Part shown: positions 48,555 to 54,502 of the stretch, one piece after another
Position numbering within the stretch: position 1 is the first letter of the stretch
How the letters are laid out: each line of letters starts with the position of its first letter
Notes under the pieces: generated by a model
Told to the model about the DNA's origin: nothing
The model's database searches: none
The model's input: the letters and a program-made list of their open reading frames with translations, nothing else
Origin: an uncultured Mycoplasmatota bacterium
Lineage (GTDB): Bacteria; Bacillota_I; Bacilli_A; RF39; UBA660
Reading direction: 5' to 3'
Assembly: GCA_948466395.1 (NCBI GenBank)
Contig: CAOKAG010000005.1
Location: 1-54,502 of the forward strand
DNA length: 54,502 nt
Translations under genes and position numbers: made by a program

Positions 48555-49296
48555 ACTTTTAGATATTAAAAATATAACCAAAAAATACAACACCGAAGAT
48601 GGAGAAATTAATGCCATTGAAAACATCAATCTAGAGGTTTATAAAAATGAATTTATTGCAATTGTAGGATCATCAGGGTGTGGAAAATCAACACTCTTAA
48701 ATATTATATCGGGATTAGAAGAAAAAACCAGTGGTACAATAAATTTTAACGAACCCAACTTGAAAATTGGTTACATGTTTCAAAGCGATTGTCTATTTCC
48801 ATGGTTAACCATTTATGAAAATTGTTTAATTGGACTTACTATCGAAAAGCAAAAAACAAAAGAAAAAGAAGAATACGTCAAATCTTTATTAAAAAAATAC
48901 AATTTATGGGAATTCAGTGACAAGTATCCCTCATGTTTATCAGGGGGCATGAAACAAAGAGTCGCTTTAATTAGAACACTTGCTATCCATCCCGATATTT
49001 TATTACTAGATGAACCATTTAGTGCTTTGGACTATCAAAGTCGCTTAGCCATTAGTAATGACGTCTATGAAATTATAAAAAATGAGAAAAAAACAGCGAT
49101 TATAGTGACACACGATATTGCTGAAGCCATCAGTTTATCCGATAAAGTCTATATTTTAAGTAAAAGACCTTGTACTATTAAAAAAATGTATTCAATTGAT
49201 TTAAAAGAAAATCAAAACCCAATAGCGAAAAGAAAAGATAAAAAATTTATGGAATACTACGATAAAATATGGGAGAGCATTGATACTAATGTCTAA
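48547..49296 (+). CDS. ABC transporter ATP-binding protein (NitT/TauT family)
   Basis: Walker A GSSGCGKST, signature LSGGMKQR, Walker B LLLDEP. Confidence 0.9.
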   Translation: MNKLLDIKNITKKYNTEDGEINAIENINLEVYKNEFIAIVGSSGCGKSTLLNIISGLEEKTSGTINFNEPNLKIGYMFQSDCLFPWLTIYENCLIGLTIEKQKTKEKEEYVKSLLKKYNLWEFSDKYPSCLSGGMKQRVALIRTLAIHPDILLLDEPFSALDYQSRLAISNDVYEIIKNEKKTAIIVTHDIAEAISLSDKVYILSKRPCTIKKMYSIDLKENQNPIAKRKDKKFMEYYDKIWESIDTNV

Positions 49297-50083
49297 AGAA
49301 CAAATTGCATTTTTAAGAAAAAAGAAAACAAAAAAAATCATCATTATCGTCTCTCAACTTGTTTTAACGCTCTCTTTTCTTTTACTATGGCAATGCTTAT
49401 CCGATCAAAAAATCATAAACCCTTTTATTTTCTCAAGTCCTAAAAAAATCGTTGAAACCATCTTTTCACTTTATCAAAATTATAATTTAATCACTCATAT
49501 ACTAACCACCGTTTTTGAAACCATTATTGCGTTTACTCTTGGAATATCTCTAGGATTTATGATAGCTGTTTTACTCTATGAACTACCCCTACTCCAAAAA
49601 ATATTAGACCCATTTTTAACCATGTTAAATTCTCTACCCAAAGTCGCATTAGGTCCAATTATAATCATTTGGTGTGGAGCAAATACGAACTCCATCATTG
49701 TTATGGCTTTACTAATTAATTTAATTATCAGTATTATTACTATTTATAATGGTTTTTTAAATACTGATAATTATAAAATAAAACTATTAAAATCTTTTAA
49801 AGCAACTAAATTTCAAATCTTATCAAAAGTAGTGATTCCAGAATCGTTTAAAACCATCATTGCCAGTTTCAAAATCAATATTTCTTTATCTTTAATTGGT
49901 TGTATTTCTGGAGAATTTTTAGTCAGTCGCAAAGGTATAGGATACCTAATAATCTATGGAACACAAATATTTAATTTAAATATTGTAATGAGTGGTATCA
50001 TTATTCTAATTCTAATTTCTTTTATTCTTTACGAATGTATTGATAAATTAGAAAAATATCTCTTAAAAAAAATAAGTGGCTAA
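49289..50083 (+). CDS. ABC transporter permease (NitT/TauT family)
   Basis: 6 TM with a binding-protein-dependent transport motif region. The ATG at 49289 overlaps the ATPase stop; the tracked TTG start is 49280. Confidence 0.8.
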   Translation: MSKEQIAFLRKKKTKKIIIIVSQLVLTLSFLLLWQCLSDQKIINPFIFSSPKKIVETIFSLYQNYNLITHILTTVFETIIAFTLGISLGFMIAVLLYELPLLQKILDPFLTMLNSLPKVALGPIIIIWCGANTNSIIVMALLINLIISIITIYNGFLNTDNYKIKLLKSFKATKFQILSKVVIPESFKTIIASFKINISLSLIGCISGEFLVSRKGIGYLIIYGTQIFNLNIVMSGIIILILISFILYECIDKLEKYLLKKISG

Positions 50084-50093
50084 ACTTATTTTT

Positions 50094-50432
50094 TTACATT
50101 TTAAATTGAACATTTTCTTCTTGATTTTGACAAGCATCATATGCGTTAAAAAGCATACGACGTAGATCAGAAGAATAAAGTAATGAAAGATCACCTATAT
50201 AACTTTCAATTAAAGAATAGGCCTCGACTTTTGCTTCTTCTCTCATCATCTGTAATCCACCAAACAAAGTCATAGCTTTATAATAATTAATGATTATTTC
50301 TTGATCTTTCTTTGTCAATTTTTGATGATGTAATAATTTAATCACCACCCGTAGAATTTCTAATCTTTTTTTTAGGGCATCCTTTTGATTATTTTTAGTT
50401 TTGGCTTCTTCTAAATTAATTATATTCTTCAC
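50094..50432 (-). CDS. Hypothetical protein (112 aa)
   Basis: ORF only. Confidence 0.45.
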   Translation of the reverse strand: MKNIINLEEAKTKNNQKDALKKRLEILRVVIKLLHHQKLTKKDQEIIINYYKAMTLFGGLQMMREEAKVEAYSLIESYIGDLSLLYSSDLRRMLFNAYDACQNQEENVQFKM

Positions 50433-50566
50433 TTACTCTTTCCCTTTCTTTAAATAACGTTTAATAAAATAGCACATCTAAAAGAAAAAAGAAAGTCAAA
50501 TTGTATGAAAAACACGCTAAAAGAATAAAAATAACAAAAAAAGACCCTCGAAGTTTTATTTTTATT

Positions 50567-53500
50567 TTAGGACAAACTTTCTTGATCTAAAGTCAACAAG
50601 ACTTTAATCTCATTTTCCGTTAACTGAGAGAAAATATTTTGATCACAATCTTTTCCTTCAATCAAATTCTCACTTAAAATCTTTTTCTTAGTTTGAAGTT
50701 CTAATATTCGCTCTTCAATTGTTCCTTTACAAATAAGCTTAATAACTTCAACCGTTTTAGTTTGGCCAATACGATGAGCACGATCGGTGGCTTGATTTTC
50801 CACTTGAGGATTCCACCACAAATCCAAATGAATAACCACATCTGCACTAGTAAGGTTTAATCCTGTTCCCCCTGCTTTTAAAGTAATCAAAAAAACATTT
50901 GTTGCATCTTGATTAAATTGAGTTACCAATTCCATTCTTTTTTTAGCTGAAACACTTCCATCAATCACATAAGTAGAAATATGATTTTTCGAAAATTCTT
51001 TTTCAACAATTTCCAAAGCACTTTTAAAACTTGTAAATAATAAAATCTTATGACCATTCTCGATGATGCCTTTTGTAATATCAATTAATTGCTCAATTTT
51101 TGCACTCTTTCCTTGATAATCTTTAAAAACAAGTTGAGGATCAATACAAATTTGTCTCAATCGAGTCAAAAGTTGCAAAATTTTAAAATTTCCTTTTTTA
51201 AATCCTTCTGTTTCAATAATTTCTTCCATTTCTTTTTTAGCTTTCTCTAAAAACGCTCCATATAATTTTTTCTGTTCTTTATTTAAATCAATCGAAATAT
51301 TATTTTCTATTTTAGGAGGAAGTTCTTTGACGACCTCTTCTTTCTTTCTTCTTAATAAAAAAGGTCGTATTTGAATCTTTAATTGTTCAAGAATAGAAAG
51401 ACTTCTTTCATTAACCTCTTTTATTAAATACTTCTTCTGAAAATCACTTAAACGAGTCAAATAACCAGGTAAAATAAAATCAAAAATACTCCATAATTCT
51501 AAAACCGAATTTTCAAGTGGCGTTCCTGTCAAAGCGAATTTACAAACAGCTTTTAGTTGTTTTAAAATTTTGGTCATTTGAGCTTCTGCATTTTTAATCG
51601 TTTGGGCTTCATCTATAGCAATGACTTCAAAATTCATAGCTAAATACTTTTCTTGATCTTGTCTAATTAAACCATAAGTCGTAATTAAAACTTGAACCGT
51701 ATCCAAAGCTTCCAATTCATTTTTTCTTTTTTCTTTATTTTCTGCAAAAACTTTATATTTTATTTCTTTACCAAATTTAGAAAATTCCTCACTCCAATTA
51801 TATATTAAGGAAGTAGGAGCTACAATTAAAATCTTAGCTTTTGGTTTCTCTTTTAAAACCAATTTAATTAAATAAATCAATTGAATCGATTTTCCAAGAC
51901 CCATTTCATCAGCGAGAAGACCTCCAAAACCACACTTATACAAATGATAGAGCCATTGAACACCCAGTTCTTGATATTCTCTTAAAATTTTTTTATCCTC
52001 CACATTTAAGCAAAGAGGGGTATTTTTATAAGCATGAAACTGATGGATTAATTCATCAAAACGATTATTAGTTTGAATAATTGAACAACGTTCTTTTTTT
52101 AATAAATCCAAATAAATAGCTCGATACTTTGGAATTTCTCCTTTCCCACTCTTAATTTCTTTAGAGGACAAGCCTAACTGATTAACCAATACCTCAAAAG
52201 CGTTTAAATCTTCATTTTGATTTAAATTAAGAATATCACCATTTTTTAAACGATAATACTTTTTATTATTTTTTAATTCTTCTAATATCGAAACAATTTC
52301 GGAATCTTTTATTTCTCCTAAATCAAAATCATACGTTAAAATTTGATCTTTTCCAATCCCAAAATGCGAACGAATAGGAGTATTTTTAAGAATGTTTATT
52401 TCTTTCATTTTATCAGATGTAAAAACTTCATACTGAGTAGCCAAAATAGGCAAAGAATGTTCTAAAAATTCACCAATCCACTCCCAATCAAATAAATAAA
52501 GTCCTTGATCAGAAATTTCAAATCCTAAATCTAAAAGAACTTGTAAAACTTTCGTCTCTTCTTCACGATTTCGAACAATCAATCCTCCTTCTTCAAAAAA
52601 ATCCACGATTCTATCTTGATAAGAAAATTTTAAATGACAACAAATTTTTTCTTTCTCCAAATCAAAATAAAGTTTAGGAATAGGCATGACACCAAGAACA
52701 ATCTCATCTTTCAACGTTTCATCTAAAATAAGATTATTTTGAATAACAGGTAATAACCCTTTTTTAAAAATTTCCAACTCTTCCTCTTTAAATTCTATAT
52801 CATGTAAATGATTCGTTTGCATTAAAGAAAGGGCACGACTTGATTTTGGAGGAAGAACATAAAGAGTACAATCTTTTACCATATACTTGCAATCATTAGT
52901 TAAAAAATCCACCTCTTGATTCAAAAAAGCGACTTTATAAAAACCATTTTTCTTTTGTAAAGATAATTGAATTGGATTTTCCTTCACGATTTTATTAATT
53001 TCGCCATGACCAGCTATATAAAATTTCTTATTTTCTAGTAATTCTAGGAAATAAGAAAATTCTTCCAATGAAAAAACTAGATTTCGGAAATTATAATAAG
53101 CTTGACCATGAGACAAACGTACTAAATAACGAATAATGGTATCATCCATAACTGAAAAATAATGTTCTTGAGGTAAATAAGTAAAATTCTTTCCAAAAGT
53201 TAAACTTTGCTCTCCCTCTTCATAAACCGTTAAAAAGGAATTTAATTTATTATTCAAACTATAAAGTTTATCAAGACCTATTTTTAATTCAACTTTTACT
53301 TCAGGTTCATAATACGTTTCATAAAAAGTTAAAGTCACTTCCAAATGCAGTTCTTTTTTAATATAAAAACTTTCTTTTTCTGGCTGATAAAAAGCATTGA
53401 GTATCTCCTTTGAAACACTTAATTTCTTTTCTTGAGGATCAATACTTTCTTCTCGATATTTTAAAAGACAGGCAGCAACATGCTTACACGTTCCCCATGA

Positions 53501-53734
53501 AGCAAACTGAGGGCAATTACAATCCACATCCTTAATTTCATCATGATACAATTGAATTTCTACATAATAACGTCTTAAATAATGATTTTCTGAACGTACC
53601 AAATAAGTAAACCTTTCTTCCTCAAAAAAGCGTTCTTGGCATTGAAGTTTAATATTTTCAAATGGAAAATTTCTTCCTTTATTAAAAGAATCTTGACCGA
53701 CACACATACGTATCTTATTTAAATCTATTTTCAT
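50567..53734 (-). CDS. SNF2-family helicase with N-terminal SWIM zinc finger
   Basis: SWIM CNCPQFASWGTCKHV. Helicase motifs LADEMGLGKS, IDEAQTIKN and QATDRAHRIGQ. Confidence 0.85.
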   Translation of the reverse strand: MKIDLNKIRMCVGQDSFNKGRNFPFENIKLQCQERFFEEERFTYLVRSENHYLRRYYVEIQLYHDEIKDVDCNCPQFASWGTCKHVAACLLKYREESIDPQEKKLSVSKEILNAFYQPEKESFYIKKELHLEVTLTFYETYYEPEVKVELKIGLDKLYSLNNKLNSFLTVYEEGEQSLTFGKNFTYLPQEHYFSVMDDTIIRYLVRLSHGQAYYNFRNLVFSLEEFSYFLELLENKKFYIAGHGEINKIVKENPIQLSLQKKNGFYKVAFLNQEVDFLTNDCKYMVKDCTLYVLPPKSSRALSLMQTNHLHDIEFKEEELEIFKKGLLPVIQNNLILDETLKDEIVLGVMPIPKLYFDLEKEKICCHLKFSYQDRIVDFFEEGGLIVRNREEETKVLQVLLDLGFEISDQGLYLFDWEWIGEFLEHSLPILATQYEVFTSDKMKEINILKNTPIRSHFGIGKDQILTYDFDLGEIKDSEIVSILEELKNNKKYYRLKNGDILNLNQNEDLNAFEVLVNQLGLSSKEIKSGKGEIPKYRAIYLDLLKKERCSIIQTNNRFDELIHQFHAYKNTPLCLNVEDKKILREYQELGVQWLYHLYKCGFGGLLADEMGLGKSIQLIYLIKLVLKEKPKAKILIVAPTSLIYNWSEEFSKFGKEIKYKVFAENKEKRKNELEALDTVQVLITTYGLIRQDQEKYLAMNFEVIAIDEAQTIKNAEAQMTKILKQLKAVCKFALTGTPLENSVLELWSIFDFILPGYLTRLSDFQKKYLIKEVNERSLSILEQLKIQIRPFLLRRKKEEVVKELPPKIENNISIDLNKEQKKLYGAFLEKAKKEMEEIIETEGFKKGNFKILQLLTRLRQICIDPQLVFKDYQGKSAKIEQLIDITKGIIENGHKILLFTSFKSALEIVEKEFSKNHISTYVIDGSVSAKKRMELVTQFNQDATNVFLITLKAGGTGLNLTSADVVIHLDLWWNPQVENQATDRAHRIGQTKTVEVIKLICKGTIEERILELQTKKKILSENLIEGKDCDQNIFSQLTENEIKVLLTLDQESLS

Positions 53735-53876
53735 ACCATCCCTCTAAATCAAAAACATTATAGCGTTATTTAAATAATAAAGCAAATACTTCCTTAAATG
53801 CTAGACGTACTATTTAATAAAAAAAAGAACTTTTTTTTAATTCTTTTGTTCTTTTATTTAATTCCTACCTTTCAAA

Positions 53877-54500
53877 CTAAAAGGCAAGCACCACACGGAA
53901 ACCACGAACATTGCTGTTCGTACCAGTATAGTGGAAGAAGTTGAAGATTCCCGCATTAGACGTATTATTATAGTTACCTCCACGACTGAACCATGGACTG
54001 CCCGAGCTAACAAAGGTCACAGTGTCACCATTCCAACCTTTTGTTTCTGCGGTGGCATCACCTAGGATTCTTGTTGTATAAGTTGTATAACTATTTACAC
54101 TGGTTGAGTAGGTATCATAATACTTTTTATTATAGGTACTTATATCACTTGAAGTGAATCCTCCACTTCCTGATATTAACTCTCCTCTGACTCCTGCGAC
54201 ATATTCCAATACTCCTCCACTTAAATCATAGATGCCACTATAATTTCCTGTACTACTAGCTTTGACACTATTTGCGTTACTATAAGCATAACCATCACTA
54301 TTTGATTCGCTTGCACTTGCACTGATTCCTGACCATCCTGTAACATAATTACTATTATTATTGATGTATACTTCTTCACAAGTGTTTCCATTACATTTTC
54401 CATAGATAGAATGGGTTAAGTAAGCTACTGCTCCCCATTCGGTATTCTTCATCATATGGCTATCTAGATTTCTTTTATAATTATAACTCGTTTTAAACAT
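53877..54500 (-). CDS. FGE/SUMF1-like (C-type-lectin-fold) domain protein, possibly 5'-truncated by the window edge
   Basis: NYSGIYDLSGGVLEYV (cf. N.xGxYDMxGNVWEW), SRGGNY, and a terminal RGFRVV. Confidence 0.45.
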   Translation of the reverse strand: MFKTSYNYKRNLDSHMMKNTEWGAVAYLTHSIYGKCNGNTCEEVYINNNSNYVTGWSGISASASESNSDGYAYSNANSVKASSTGNYSGIYDLSGGVLEYVAGVRGELISGSGGFTSSDISTYNKKYYDTYSTSVNSYTTYTTRILGDATAETKGWNGDTVTFVSSGSPWFSRGGNYNNTSNAGIFNFFHYTGTNSNVRGFRVVLAF

Positions 54501-54502
54501 AT

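Noticed and set aside
50567-53734. SWIM/SNF2 helicase as a possible defence gene
   Set aside because: It is a single gene with no nuclease, methylase or other partner. It resembles the conserved YwqA-type helicase of Bacillota, so it is treated as core.
54221-54403. 60-aa ORF inside the FGE-like gene
   Set aside because: It overlaps the longer 53877-54500 ORF on the same strand in a different reading frame, and has no independent support.

Overview
54.5-kb, visibly AT-rich (by eye, not computed) segment of a low-GC Gram-positive (Bacillota-like) chromosome from an apparent spore-former. It uses the standard code: TGA acts as a stop, e.g. in the ATGA overlap at 20829-20832.

Layout:
(i) 1-~6950 is an accessory island lying against the 3' end of tRNA-Arg(UCU) (7015-7091). 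It consists of a large serine recombinase (LSR) gene that is itself split by a second, 4.35-kb LSR element carrying a UDG-like/Ham1-like gene pair.
(ii) 7134-43085 is ~36 kb of almost uniformly minus-strand core genes. These include sporulation genes (gerM-like, gerE, spoIIIAH), valS, lepA, hemW, a short alaS, miaB, serS, thrS, and an N-domain-less clpB behind a CIRCE operator. There are three T-box leaders (Val, Ala, Thr), each followed first by a non-synthetase ORF. Several lineage-specific ORFs are also present: a tandem triplicated HTH family between lepA and hemW, a WG-repeat pair, and a 3x-repeat protein.
(iii) 43164-50083 is a NitT/TauT-type ABC transporter operon. Its binding-protein gene is cleanly split by a third LSR element (4.4 kb, with RhuM-like and alpha/beta-hydrolase cargo).
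(iv) 50094-54500 holds a SWIM/SNF2 helicase and a partial FGE-like-domain gene.

No CRISPR array, rRNA or obvious restriction/defence operon was seen. The most unusual content is the recombinase-inside-recombinase nesting and the two base-precise, dyad-symmetric att-site reconstructions. Whether any of this is truly undescribed cannot be judged without database searches.
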